Below, piece after piece: positions 29,661-39,942 of a stretch of DNA of 64,000 nucleotides. The notes under the pieces were generated by a model that did not search any database, had not been told where the DNA came from, and saw nothing but the letters and a program-made list of their open reading frames with translations. The stretch is from Candidatus Hydrogenedentota bacterium. Lineage in GTDB: Bacteria > Hydrogenedentota > Hydrogenedentia > Hydrogenedentales > JAEUWI01. The position numbers were made by a program, and so were the translations under genes. The DNA lies in the NCBI GenBank assembly GCA_034669905.1, contig JAXMOL010000028.1:28244-92243 (forward strand). The letters run 5' to 3'. Position 1 is the stretch's first letter. Each line of letters opens with the position of its first letter.

Positions 29661-32600
29661 CTATTTGAAATACACCATCAGCGTCTTAATTTCAAAGGGT
29701 GCCATCGCAATCGTCACATCATCGTTGCGGATCTTGAGGGCTTCGGCTTCCTCTTCCATGAGGTTGCAGGAATAGACCTTCTTAATCGGACGTCCGAAAC
29801 TGACCTTCACATTACCCCGGCTGTTTTCGGCTTCATAGAGCCGCACAATCATGGCGTCGTCGGCTTCCGCCTTCTTCACCGCCTCCACGATCACGTTGGG
29901 CGCACTCACCTGGCAACAGTCCAGCGCACGCAAGGTCCCCGAGCCGCCCTCCAGTTTCTCGCTCCGAAGCGGTACGTTCAGCCCATAGGCTTCTCGCGTC
30001 ACCGTTTCAGCGGAGAAGGCCCCCTCGTGGGGGAAGAGCGCATAGGTGAAGCGGTGCTCGCCGAGATCCGCTTTTTCGTCGGGACAGCGGGGTGACTTCA
30101 TGAGCGTCAGGGACAACTGATCGTCCAGGGTGTCGTAACCGTATTTACAATCGTTGAGCAGGGAAACACCATAGTTCCCCTCAGAGAGATCCACCCACTT
30201 GTGGGCGCACGATTCAAACTGGGCCCGGTCCCACGAGGTGTTCTCATGGGTATTCCGCAGCACGTGTCCAAACTGAATCTCGCTCCGAATCTGGGCCGTG
30301 TGCACATCCAGGCCAAAGCCCACTTTCAGTAGGGTCCGCTCTTCCTGCCAATCGAGGTGGGTCGAGAAATCGATGCGCCGCGTATGGGCATAGACCACCA
30401 TATCCTGCGTCAGGGTCGAGGCGCGCCCCACCTGCCACGTGCTGCGAATGGAAAGAAACAGGGGCCCGTCGGCTACGAGCTCCCGGGAACTCATGGCGCC
30501 CACAGGCGTCACATGGTCGCGGTAGTAGCGGTCAATATCCCAGGCATCCCAGAAGAGGGGCATGTCCTCCGCCGTATACAACTGATTCAAGACCTTGCCC
30601 GATGCGACCACTTCCCGCTGGGCTTCCTTGTCGAAGAGCCGGTTGATCGTGCCGTTCTTGTCGAAGGTGATGGTGTAAAACGGTGTCTCCAGGCCCTTGC
30701 CCGAATAACTGAAGGGCGACGCCACTTCGGCCCCATCACTGCGCACGGCGATGGGCGTCACGCTCAGACTACCCGTCTGGGCCAACACTGCGAGGCCCCC
30801 TTCCGTCTCCTGACAGGGCAGAGCCCGGCCCTCGTTGTCGCAGGCCCCATTCCCATCCACGTCGGGCAACAGCACCACGTCTTCCCGGGCCCACGAAAGG
30901 GCGTTGGCCACCAGGTACCCCCGGTTTTCGCTGTCCGGATGCAATTGCTGCCCCAGCACCGTAAGAGCTTCCCGCCGTGCTTCCAACAGGTCGGCTTCCA
31001 TGGCCGCATATTCTGCTTCGGCCACTTCATAGACCCGACGGATGCTCGTGCCCGGAATGATGTCATGAAACTGATTGGTCAACAGGGTCCGCCAGTGCCC
31101 TTCGAGGCGGGCCGCCGGATAGGCCATTCCATAGGCCATGGCCATGGCGGAGTAAAGCTCCACTTCCCGGAGCAGCAACTCCAGCTTGCGGTTGTACCGC
31201 TTGGTGCGACTCTGGGTCGTGTAGGTGCCCCGGTGGTATTCCAGGTAGAGTTCGCCCACCCACGTCGGACGGGTCACCTCCTCTTCTCGAAGTTTCTCCA
31301 GAAACTTCGATACATTCACCCACTCCGTCTTGGGGCACCCTTCGAGATCTTTCATGCGCACGGCGTTTTCGCACATCTCCCGGCTGGGCCCACCACCCCC
31401 ATCGCCCCAACCCACGGAGCTCAGGGTCGCATCCTGAATTTCCTTGTACTGGACGCGGCTCCACACGTGCTGGGAAGCCTCGGGCAACACGGGCGCGTTG
31501 TAGCCCATGAATTCGCCCATCATGTTGATGTAGTGGGTAAAAATGCGGCTGCCGTCGATGCCTTCCCAGTGAAAGGTGTCGTAGGGGAATCGGTTGGTAT
31601 CGCCCCAGTTGATCTTGCTGGTCACAAAGTTCTTGATGCCGCTCTTCTGCAGGATCTGGGGCAGGGCCGCGCTGTACCCAAACACGTCGGGCAGCCACAG
31701 CGTGTCCCCCGTATAGCCAAAGAGGGCCCGGGTCTTCTTGCGCCCTTCCAGAAACTGACGCACCAGGGATTCGCCGCCCGTTACGTTACAATCGGCTTCT
31801 ACCCACATGCCGCCATTGGGTTCCCAACGGCCTTCCTTCACCCGCTTCTTAATCTTGGTGAGCAGTTCCGGGTAGTGGGTTTCGATGACATCGTAAAGCC
31901 ACGGTTGGGACTGTTGGAAGCGGAATTCCGGGTAGTCTTCCATGAGATTAAGAATGGTGGAAAAGGACTTGGCCGCCTTGCGGATGGATTCCTTCACGGG
32001 CCAGAGCCAACCGATATCGATGTGGCAGTGGCCCACAATACCCACGGTGGGTGTGGTGGGACCATTCTTCGTGGCCAGCTCCGGGGCCAGTCGCTTTCGG
32101 GCGAGGGCCGCCGCCGACTCGAGCTCCGCCTCCTCCTTCCACGCCATGGGCACGTGGTTCAACGCTTCGTTGAGGGCCGCCAGCAGACGGGCCCTTCGGA
32201 GGCTGCTTTCATCGAGCATAATCGCCGTGCGGTAGAGCACGTCGGCATCGTAGTACAGGGCCGCGGCATGCTCCCGCTCATACATCAACACACTCGACTC
32301 CAGGGGCAAAGGAGGTTCCACACCCGGGTCCCGCTCGGTGAACTGGTGGGTGTACATCACGTCCTGGAAGGGGTCCATCCCCGGCATGAGATGGCCCGTA
32401 TAGGCCTCCACATAGATCTCGTGGGACTCGCCGCCCCGGGCGTTGCGGTGCAGCAGAACTTCCTCGTGGCCATGGTTCATTCCGGCGAAGGCTTCCCCAT
32501 CGAGCCAGAGCAACTTATCCGTGTGGCTGCCGTGCCGATAAAAAACCCGCTTTCCCTTGCAGGAGCGGGGCACATCGATATGCCCGCGAAACCACGTGGT

Positions 32601-32786
32601 GCCCCAATGTTCGCCCCAGGTGCACCCCACCGGTGCGGGCACATACTGCAACGACACGGGCGGCACCCGAAAATGCTCCATGGTCGCGGCCATTTCCAGG
32701 GGCACTTCCGCCACATGGACATAGCGCCACTGTTTCAACTTCTCAATACGACGGCCGAGTTTTTCAACGATTTTTGGGGGAAGCAT
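29661..32786 (-). CDS. Alpha-mannosidase, glycoside hydrolase family 38
   Basis: GHCHIDIGWLWP, GGMWVEAD, WLPDVFGYS, GELYLEYHRG and NQFHDIIPG motifs. Confidence 0.95.
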   Translation of the reverse strand: MLPPKIVEKLGRRIEKLKQWRYVHVAEVPLEMAATMEHFRVPPVSLQYVPAPVGCTWGEHWGTTWFRGHIDVPRSCKGKRVFYRHGSHTDKLLWLDGEAFAGMNHGHEEVLLHRNARGGESHEIYVEAYTGHLMPGMDPFQDVMYTHQFTERDPGVEPPLPLESSVLMYEREHAAALYYDADVLYRTAIMLDESSLRRARLLAALNEALNHVPMAWKEEAELESAAALARKRLAPELATKNGPTTPTVGIVGHCHIDIGWLWPVKESIRKAAKSFSTILNLMEDYPEFRFQQSQPWLYDVIETHYPELLTKIKKRVKEGRWEPNGGMWVEADCNVTGGESLVRQFLEGRKKTRALFGYTGDTLWLPDVFGYSAALPQILQKSGIKNFVTSKINWGDTNRFPYDTFHWEGIDGSRIFTHYINMMGEFMGYNAPVLPEASQHVWSRVQYKEIQDATLSSVGWGDGGGGPSREMCENAVRMKDLEGCPKTEWVNVSKFLEKLREEEVTRPTWVGELYLEYHRGTYTTQSRTKRYNRKLELLLREVELYSAMAMAYGMAYPAARLEGHWRTLLTNQFHDIIPGTSIRRVYEVAEAEYAAMEADLLEARREALTVLGQQLHPDSENRGYLVANALSWAREDVVLLPDVDGNGACDNEGRALPCQETEGGLAVLAQTGSLSVTPIAVRSDGAEVASPFSYSGKGLETPFYTITFDKNGTINRLFDKEAQREVVASGKVLNQLYTAEDMPLFWDAWDIDRYYRDHVTPVGAMSSRELVADGPLFLSIRSTWQVGRASTLTQDMVVYAHTRRIDFSTHLDWQEERTLLKVGFGLDVHTAQIRSEIQFGHVLRNTHENTSWDRAQFESCAHKWVDLSEGNYGVSLLNDCKYGYDTLDDQLSLTLMKSPRCPDEKADLGEHRFTYALFPHEGAFSAETVTREAYGLNVPLRSEKLEGGSGTLRALDCCQVSAPNVIVEAVKKAEADDAMIVRLYEAENSRGNVKVSFGRPIKKVYSCNLMEEEAEALKIRNDDVTIAMAPFEIKTLMVYFK

Positions 32787-33050
32787 GGGAGTCCTCTATG
32801 AATTATCGGCGCAGCGCACCGAAGATAACGAAAATGATGGGGAATTTTAGCACAGCGGAACGAAATAGACGTAAGCTATGGACACCACATCTCGGGTTGG
32901 GGCCCCATGGATTCCAAAACGACTGAAAGGGTGCCACCCGTACAGACACGAGGCACGAGTGGCTTTACGGGTGTTTCGGTCCAGTAGCCTCACCCACAAA
33001 CTTCCCCCGAGCCATCGCGATATAGAGCACAGCCGACTCCATCGAAATTC

Positions 33051-33293
33051 CGTGCCGCGCGATCGTTACCTGGCGAGTTTCAACGAGTTTGGTGACGTTC
33101 GTGCGCATGGAGCGTCCGTGTCGCCGGAACACAGAGACTGCCCCGCGTGGGCGTCCGATCGACTCACGACTTCCCTTCTATGTCGTAGGACGCTCGCGGG
33201 AGTACTGGACGCTTACTCACCATCATGAAGGCTCCATGCGCACGAACCCGTCAGGTCTCGTTGAAACTCGCCTTTTGGGGATCGCGCGGCACG
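33051..33293. mobile_element. MITE-like long palindromic element
   Basis: Perfect 14-bp terminal inverted repeat CGTGCCGCGCGATC plus nested perfect 16-bp and 17-bp inverted repeats. Confidence 0.75.
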
Positions 33294-33417
33294 ACCAGGT
33301 ATTTCTTCCTCGAGATTGGACGAGCCCTAGTGCTATCTACAACCCTTCTTATCCTTGTGCGTCTCCAAGGCCATTGCTATACTGTGGCCAACACCCAACC
33401 ATCAAAAGGATTAGCCC

Positions 33418-34581
33418 ATGGCCAAGAGTGGCGGAAAAATACTGTTCGGATTTCTTTTCTTCGTGGTACTCACCGGTGCCCTCGCGGGCGGGGGGGCCTG
33501 GTACCTCACCGAATCCCGCGCCGACGGCTATCGCGCTACCGCGACCCTGTTGGTCACCCCCGGCGATAGCAACCTCGGCGCGTCTGCCCAATCGGGGGAC
33601 GTCTCGGCTCCGGCCAGCCTCCACAACGCCCTCGGCATTACCCCCCGCGCCACAGCCATTGCCCCGCCGGACTACGCCACCCTCTTTACAACGGATGAGA
33701 TGGCGAATGCCTTGCGGGAGCGCCTCGGCGTGGAAATGCCCCTCGAGGCAGTGCGCGCGGCCATGAATGCAGAAACCCAAGTCGCCCTGCAAACCCGTAA
33801 CAACGTGGTCTATCGCCGCACGATTTCCCTTCATTTCACGGCTGATACCCCCGAGCTCGCCGAAAAAGGGGCCAATGGCTGGGCCGCCATCGCGCAGGAA
33901 CAGGCCGTGGAATGGCAGGCCAAAGACCAGGAACGCCGTGCATTCACCTTGCAACAGCGCCTGGAAACCTTGCGTAGCGAACGGGATAGCGCCCAAGACG
34001 TCGAGGACACCCTGCTCCAGGGAGCTCCGGTAGAGAGTCTGGAGGCTGCGGCCCAGAAAGAGCGCGCCGCCGCCCAGCAGATGAAGGAGGAGCTCCGCGC
34101 CATGGAACAAGCCCTGGCACGGGATGAGGCCACCCTTGCGACCCTGAAGAGCTACATCTCCAAGGCCCCCGTCGCGGTCGTATTGGAACTCTCCGTCAAA
34201 GAAGCCGATCTGGAAGCCACCCTCGCCGGCACCCGCGCGGAGCGGGATTACCTCGCAGCCCAGGTCGCCGCATTGGCGCCGGAGAATACGGAGGGCCACA
34301 ACACGAGGGCCGAAACCCGTCGCCAACTGGAAACAACCCGAGCCACCATTGCCCGCCTCACGCCCCAGATTCGCACCGTAGAAAACGCTCTCTCTGCCCT
34401 GTCCAATCCCGAACCCGCAATCCAGATCGCCGCACTGGCCGTGGCCCCCGAAACCCCCATCGGTCCACACCGCTATGTGTTGGTCGGTGGTGCGGCCGCC
34501 TTGGGAGCCATCCTCGGCATGATTCTTTACTTTGGCCTCTTGACGTTGCGGGTCTATGCCCGGGACCTGGATCGCCCGTGA
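33418..34581 (+). CDS. Wzz/GumC-like polysaccharide co-polymerase
   Basis: N- and C-terminal TM helices, YRATATLLV, a central coiled coil and a Pro-rich APETPIGP before the last TM helix. Confidence 0.75.
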   Translation: MAKSGGKILFGFLFFVVLTGALAGGGAWYLTESRADGYRATATLLVTPGDSNLGASAQSGDVSAPASLHNALGITPRATAIAPPDYATLFTTDEMANALRERLGVEMPLEAVRAAMNAETQVALQTRNNVVYRRTISLHFTADTPELAEKGANGWAAIAQEQAVEWQAKDQERRAFTLQQRLETLRSERDSAQDVEDTLLQGAPVESLEAAAQKERAAAQQMKEELRAMEQALARDEATLATLKSYISKAPVAVVLELSVKEADLEATLAGTRAERDYLAAQVAALAPENTEGHNTRAETRRQLETTRATIARLTPQIRTVENALSALSNPEPAIQIAALAVAPETPIGPHRYVLVGGAAALGAILGMILYFGLLTLRVYARDLDRP

Positions 34582-36037
34582 CGGGCGCAGTACCCTCGTT
34601 GTGAAGCACCGACTGCGCGTGGGTAGCCTCTACTCGCTGGGCGCCGTGGCCTACACCACGGTGGCCCTCCTCGCCCTCGGAAAACTCCTCACCAATACGC
34701 TCACACCCCACGCCGTGGGCCAGGTGGCCCTTACCCTGCTGGTGGCCGAATCCCTCGGCATGGCCGCCGGTATGGGCCTCCCGGCCGCCTTGCCCAAACT
34801 CCTCGCAGGCCTCGACGCGCCCCGCCTGTCGGCCCTGACCCGACGCCTCGGCACCATCCAGTTTATGGCCGCAAGCCATGCCGCCGTGCTGGGGCTGGTC
34901 ACCCTGTTGCTGCGGCCCTGGTGGCCCACCTCGGCGCAGGATATCTTGCCCGAATCCCTGGGGCTCCTTTTCGTTTTACCGCTCCTCGTTCTCATGGTGG
35001 CTCACCGTGATTTCCTGCTGGCCGCCACGGCCGGTCGCCAGGCCTACCGTGCCCGGGCAGGGGCCATGGTCTTACTTGCCACCCTCATGGTGCTCCAATT
35101 CGCCCTCCTCTATGCCGGGGACATCCAACAGCCCACCGCCTTTCTCGGGGCCCATGTCCTCGCCGGTTTCGTGGCGATCCTCAGATTACGCCGGGTTATC
35201 CCAAAGCCCACCCGCGAGGAAACGAATTCCGCTACAGACAACAAACAGGCCACCCAAAAGGCCCTCCGCTTCGCCGCCCCCCTCTATGTGAACAACCTCA
35301 TGAATTTCGTCTACCAACGGTGCGACACCCTAATTATCGTCCTGTGGCTTGACCTGGGCACGGCCGCCATCGTGGAAATGGCCAAACGCCTCCCGACCCT
35401 CCTCTCCCGACTCCTCGGCGCGGGCCTCGTTCCCTACCTGCCCACCCTCTCGGCCTGCCTCCGCGAAAACGACACCGTCCAGGCCCGCCACCTCATCGTC
35501 CAGACCACCACCGTGGTGGCCTTCTGCGGCTATGCCGTCACCCTCTTCCTCACCGCCACGGCAACGCCCCTGCTGGCACTCCTCTTTACCGCCGACTATG
35601 CGGACGGCGCGGCCGTACTCGGGCTCCTGCTTATTGCCACCTGCCTCGCCGTACAAGCCGGCGTCATGGGGCAGGCCCTCATCGCCCGGGACCGCCCCAA
35701 AACCGTTATGCTTATCAACCTGGCCCTGGGGGCCCTCAGCCTCGGATTAAACCTCCTCCTCGTGCCCCGCTTCGGCATGGTGGGTGCCGGGTGGAGCGCC
35801 ATCACTGCTGCGGGTGCGAGTCTCCTCTTGCAATTCAACGCGGTTCGCCGTGCCGGATTGATTTCCCGTCCCCCGGCCCTCGGCCTCCATGGCCTCTTTA
35901 TCCTATGCCTCATCGGCTTTCAGATCACCGGGGAGGCCATCGCACCGCGCCTCCTGATGGGTACCGCATTCGTGGTGCTCGCCTTCTTCACAGGCAGTGT
36001 CTCGACCCGCATACTCCGCCGGGAGGATACCCCATGA
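34556..36037 (+). CDS. Wzx-type oligosaccharide flippase
   Basis: Many hydrophobic segments, LRFAAPL and LNLLLVPRFGMVGAGW motifs. The true start may be GTG 34601. Confidence 0.8.
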   Translation: MPGTWIARDGRSTLVVKHRLRVGSLYSLGAVAYTTVALLALGKLLTNTLTPHAVGQVALTLLVAESLGMAAGMGLPAALPKLLAGLDAPRLSALTRRLGTIQFMAASHAAVLGLVTLLLRPWWPTSAQDILPESLGLLFVLPLLVLMVAHRDFLLAATAGRQAYRARAGAMVLLATLMVLQFALLYAGDIQQPTAFLGAHVLAGFVAILRLRRVIPKPTREETNSATDNKQATQKALRFAAPLYVNNLMNFVYQRCDTLIIVLWLDLGTAAIVEMAKRLPTLLSRLLGAGLVPYLPTLSACLRENDTVQARHLIVQTTTVVAFCGYAVTLFLTATATPLLALLFTADYADGAAVLGLLLIATCLAVQAGVMGQALIARDRPKTVMLINLALGALSLGLNLLLVPRFGMVGAGWSAITAAGASLLLQFNAVRRAGLISRPPALGLHGLFILCLIGFQITGEAIAPRLLMGTAFVVLAFFTGSVSTRILRREDTP

Positions 36038-37140
36038 TTCTGGGAATCGATGGACGCCTCGCCAACGCCGACCAGCCCGCCGGAGCCGGCCACTACTGCC
36101 GGGAAGTACTGCGAGCGCTCCAGGCCTTGCCCGACGGCCCCACCGTGCGAATCTATCTCGACCGTGAAGCCCGCCCCTTTTTCGAGGAATGGGAAGATAT
36201 TCGGGTGCTTCCAGCACAACCATTCTGGACCCACCGCGCCCTGGCCGACGAACTGCACCGGGATCCCCCCGATGTGTTTTTCACGCCCGTAACCCAGCTA
36301 CCCTGGCGTTGCCCTTGCCCGACCCTGGTGTCGGTGCTGGATCTGGCGGTGCGCCGTTATCCCCGTTGCTTCCCCTGGCGCAAGCGCATGGGCATGGCCC
36401 TGAAGACCCGCCATGCCGTGCATCACGGGGATCACTTCATCGCCATCAGCGAAGCCACGGCCACGGACCTCCGGCACTTCTATGGTGTGCAGGCTTCCCG
36501 CGTCACCGTGGCGCCCCTCGGCGCTTCCGAGGCCTATCACGAAGCTGGAATCCGGGAACTGCCCCGCCCCTCATGCCTGTCGGAAATACCCGACGCCTAC
36601 ATCCTCTATGTGGGCCAAATACAGCCCCGAAAGAATCTCGTGCGGCTGATCAACGCCTTTGAAAAACTCTGCGAGGCCCACCCCGAACGGCCCCACCACC
36701 TCGTGCTGGCCGGTGCGGACGGGTGGCAACCCGAAGCGACCCATCGCGTCGCGGCAACCTCCCCCGTAGCCCATCGGATTCACCTCCTCGGCTACATCCC
36801 GGAAGCCGAGCTCCCCGCGCTCATGGCCCACGCCGACGTGCTCACCCTCCTGTCCTTTGGAGAAGGTTTTGGGCTACCCGTGGTCGAAGCCATGGCCGCA
36901 GGCACCGCCGTCCTCGCCGCCGACAGCGCCTCCCTCCCCGAAATCCTCGGCGACGCCGGCATCCTGGTGAACCCCACCGACACCGCCGCCATCACCGAAA
37001 GCCTGGCCAGCCTACTGAGCGACCCGACACTACGGGCCACCTGCGAAGCACGGGGCAAAGACCGGGCAGCCCAATTCACCTGGGCGCACTGCGCCGACAC
37101 CATCGCGCGGGCTGCGAGCGCATTGACGAGCGGAGACTAG
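36034..37140 (+). CDS. Glycosyltransferase family 4 (MtfB-like)
   Basis: MILGIDGR, YVGQIQPRKNL and EGFGLPVVEAMAAG motifs. ATGA overlap with the flippase stop. Confidence 0.92.
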   Translation: MILGIDGRLANADQPAGAGHYCREVLRALQALPDGPTVRIYLDREARPFFEEWEDIRVLPAQPFWTHRALADELHRDPPDVFFTPVTQLPWRCPCPTLVSVLDLAVRRYPRCFPWRKRMGMALKTRHAVHHGDHFIAISEATATDLRHFYGVQASRVTVAPLGASEAYHEAGIRELPRPSCLSEIPDAYILYVGQIQPRKNLVRLINAFEKLCEAHPERPHHLVLAGADGWQPEATHRVAATSPVAHRIHLLGYIPEAELPALMAHADVLTLLSFGEGFGLPVVEAMAAGTAVLAADSASLPEILGDAGILVNPTDTAAITESLASLLSDPTLRATCEARGKDRAAQFTWAHCADTIARAASALTSGD

Positions 37141-37160
37141 CAATTCGCGCCGACGGATAC

Positions 37161-37504
37161 CCTCGCATGCTATTCCGCAGGAGCGGAACGACAGGCATTA
37201 CGACGGAGGACCGTCGTAACGAGCGCAAATAGGAGTTTCTATGGTCGTGCCGCGCGATCTTCGGCATACGAGTCTAAACGAGTATGGTGAAGTTCGTGCG
37301 CGTGGAGCGTACGCATCGTGGAGGCATCAAGCGAGTTCCCGAGGCGAGCGTCCGGCCGCGCACTGCAGGTTTCTCACGGTTGAGATGAGACTACGCACGA
37401 ACCGGGGTACCGGATCGCGCGGCACGACCGGGCGTTACTTGCTCGAAATTTGCCTCGTTCCTACGGTCCCCGTAGGAATGCCTACCTTGCCGCTCCTGCG
37501 GCAA
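37161..37504. repeat. CTCGTT..ACGGTCC..CGT..GAATGC REP-like copies flanking the MITE-like element
   Basis: Copies at 37161-37223 and 37453-37504. The same family occurs at 48527-48580 and 48653-48702. Confidence 0.7.
37243..37429. mobile_element. MITE-like palindromic element
   Basis: Perfect 17-bp terminal inverted repeat GGTCGTGCCGCGCGATC. The interior is similar to 33051 and 22607. Confidence 0.75.
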
Positions 37505-37530
37505 CGCCGAAGGCGCTAACCCACGCCCCC

Positions 37531-39801
37531 TCACTCCCGCACTTCAAACTTCTCGGGGCTCAACTGGAGCGCTACGGCACGGTCGGGCAGGCCCACGGCC
37601 AGGGTGGTCACGTCGCCCTTCCGCTCATACTGGTGGGTTACGTCCGAATCGCCAAAGCTCATCAAGGTAATGAACTCCTGCTTCGCAGCCTTCTCCGTCG
37701 TCGCCGCCGTCAGATGCACTTCATCCAAGTCCACCTTGGCCCATTCGTGGGGCGGCGTATCGTATTCCTTCTTCTGCGACAAGGTGAGCTTGGGCGGATA
37801 CACAAATTCCACATCCACGCTTCCCGGCGCCCCTTCCCAGAAAGCCCCATTGGCATCCAACTCGAAGCGGCCCGTGGCATGCAGCAGCCACGCGTAGTCC
37901 GACGCCTCCGGCGCTTCCAACACATCGTGAATCACAATGGCATAGGGCTTAAGGAAAAAGACCCGCCGGGTCCAGCGCTCCAGATTGTCATACGAATCGC
38001 CCGCTTCGCCCACCAGCACATCTAACTTGTCCGACGTCTGGAAGTGGGTGATACGGCCCGTCGCCGACTTGCTGTGGGGCGCCTGGCCCTTGCCGTTCAC
38101 CAGGATGGCGTTGTCCGACTTGGTTTCCCACATCCACTCCACATGGTGGGGGCTGCCATAGACATCGCGCTTCCCGGTCTTACGGAAAACCCGCTCGCCC
38201 CCCATGCTGAGCAAGAAGGCGTTGTTGGCATTGTAACCGTGGCTCTGGCGTCCAAAAGGACTGCTCTTCAGTTGGAACTGGATGTTCTGGGTACCGTCCA
38301 ACAAGTCCGTGTTCAGCACACCCAGCCCCGCCGCCGGAAAGACCTGGGAACTCGGCAGGGTCGTGGGTACCCGCGCCTCCATCGTACCACTCCGGAAGGA
38401 CTGTATAATTCCCATGTAGCCACCCGGAGGGGTCGCACCGCTCTTGAGGGCATACCACTGCCAATGGGGGTTTTGCGCACCAGCCGCAAAAGTCTGCATG
38501 AGATTGGCAATCTTCTCCGCACTCATCCGTTGGGCCTGGTCACCCCAGGACCCTTCTTTCGTTCCGGGCGGCATGGAATAGAGGGCATAGTAGCCAGTCG
38601 CCGCAAAGAAGGGCTTGTCGAAGGGGTCGATATCAAAGGCCGCCTGCGATGCAAAGACCCAATACATGAAACGGCCCATATAGCTCGACCAATAGGCCAT
38701 CCCCTCATGCCATCCCCCATCGTCACCACCCCACACCGGATAGCAGGTGTAAAAGATCGTCATCGCATAGTCGGCCCACGCATCGGCTTCGGGTATTTCC
38801 CCCTGAAAGGCAATCGCCACTTCACCGAGGAAGTGCCACGCCCGGTTGGAGTGACTGTTATAGGGTCGCCACAGATGCTTCCCCTTACGCAGGTAGTTAA
38901 AACAATCCCCACCACGGATAGTCATCACGTCAATCATCTTCTGACGTTCTTCCGGCGTGAAGCGATCGTGGGCCCAGCTGTAGGCGCGGGAGGGATAATA
39001 GAGCAGGGGCATTCCCGCTTCGTCATTGTACCGGTACCCCGTGGCACCCCGGGGATCCCATTCGCAAAAGGCGAGCAAGAGCTCCTTGGCGGCGTCTCCA
39101 TAACGCACGTCACCCGTCAGTTGATAGGCGAAGGCCAGCTCGGCGGCGCTATTGCCTACCGCTACGGACCGGGTCCGGTTTCCCCACCAGATGGTCTTCC
39201 ACTCCTTGCTCTTCCGCACCGTGCCTTCGGGATACTTGGGCGGCTCGGTGGTATCCGGCGGGGATACCAGCAATTTCTCTGCCCGGGCAATCAGGCCTTC
39301 CCGTGCGACTTTCAGGGGACCTTCGGCAGCTTCCCGCATGGCATCCATCTCTTCCGGGCGCACAAACAAACGGGGGTGACGGTCGGGAATGCGTTTCACC
39401 AGGGTGGCCTTATCCGGTTTGGGAAAGACCATGGCGTCGCCCGCCACCGTAAAGGTCCGGACCTGACTCCAATTACTCTGTTCGCCCGAGGCATCGAGGG
39501 CCGCGTAGCGCCAATACCACTCACCCGGGTCCAGCGTGACATCGGGCGCATACGACGACCAGGCCAGCTCCGACCACCGGCGCACGCCCTCCGTAAAGGC
39601 CCCATCCCGCGCGACTTCCACCACATAGGCTGCTGCATCGGGAACGGGGCGCCACACGAAGGCGGGCGGGTTGGTCTGCACGGTGCTGGCATCGGCAGGA
39701 CGATAGCCCCACTCACCGGGAATGGCGGGGGCCTCATCCAGCGTCAGCGCACCGGCGGTCAATAGCTGCGAAATACTTAAGAGCAAGGAAAGGGGGGACA
39801 T
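37531..39801 (-). CDS. Secreted DUF4962 / heparinase II/III-like polysaccharide lyase
   Basis: Signal peptide, NPPAFVW, HPRLF, DGGWHEGMAYW, SSPFGRQSHG and NAILVNG motifs. Confidence 0.85.
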   Translation of the reverse strand: MSPLSLLLSISQLLTAGALTLDEAPAIPGEWGYRPADASTVQTNPPAFVWRPVPDAAAYVVEVARDGAFTEGVRRWSELAWSSYAPDVTLDPGEWYWRYAALDASGEQSNWSQVRTFTVAGDAMVFPKPDKATLVKRIPDRHPRLFVRPEEMDAMREAAEGPLKVAREGLIARAEKLLVSPPDTTEPPKYPEGTVRKSKEWKTIWWGNRTRSVAVGNSAAELAFAYQLTGDVRYGDAAKELLLAFCEWDPRGATGYRYNDEAGMPLLYYPSRAYSWAHDRFTPEERQKMIDVMTIRGGDCFNYLRKGKHLWRPYNSHSNRAWHFLGEVAIAFQGEIPEADAWADYAMTIFYTCYPVWGGDDGGWHEGMAYWSSYMGRFMYWVFASQAAFDIDPFDKPFFAATGYYALYSMPPGTKEGSWGDQAQRMSAEKIANLMQTFAAGAQNPHWQWYALKSGATPPGGYMGIIQSFRSGTMEARVPTTLPSSQVFPAAGLGVLNTDLLDGTQNIQFQLKSSPFGRQSHGYNANNAFLLSMGGERVFRKTGKRDVYGSPHHVEWMWETKSDNAILVNGKGQAPHSKSATGRITHFQTSDKLDVLVGEAGDSYDNLERWTRRVFFLKPYAIVIHDVLEAPEASDYAWLLHATGRFELDANGAFWEGAPGSVDVEFVYPPKLTLSQKKEYDTPPHEWAKVDLDEVHLTAATTEKAAKQEFITLMSFGDSDVTHQYERKGDVTTLAVGLPDRAVALQLSPEKFEVRE

Positions 39802-39942
39802 GATCAGGAACTCCAACGGGAATCGACGGTGTAAATCGGATAACGGAATTTAAGCACGCCCAAAACCTCCGGCGCGCCACGAGTACCACCATCTTAGTCC
39901 ATTCAGGGGGCGTATTTCAGGTATACTGGGGCATTCCAACCG

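Noticed and set aside
30357..32801. Long + strand ORF (likewise 2429-3847, 38044-39765, 51422-53440, 60350-62158)
   Set aside because: These are antisense shadows of well-supported genes in high-GC DNA and show no recognisable motifs.
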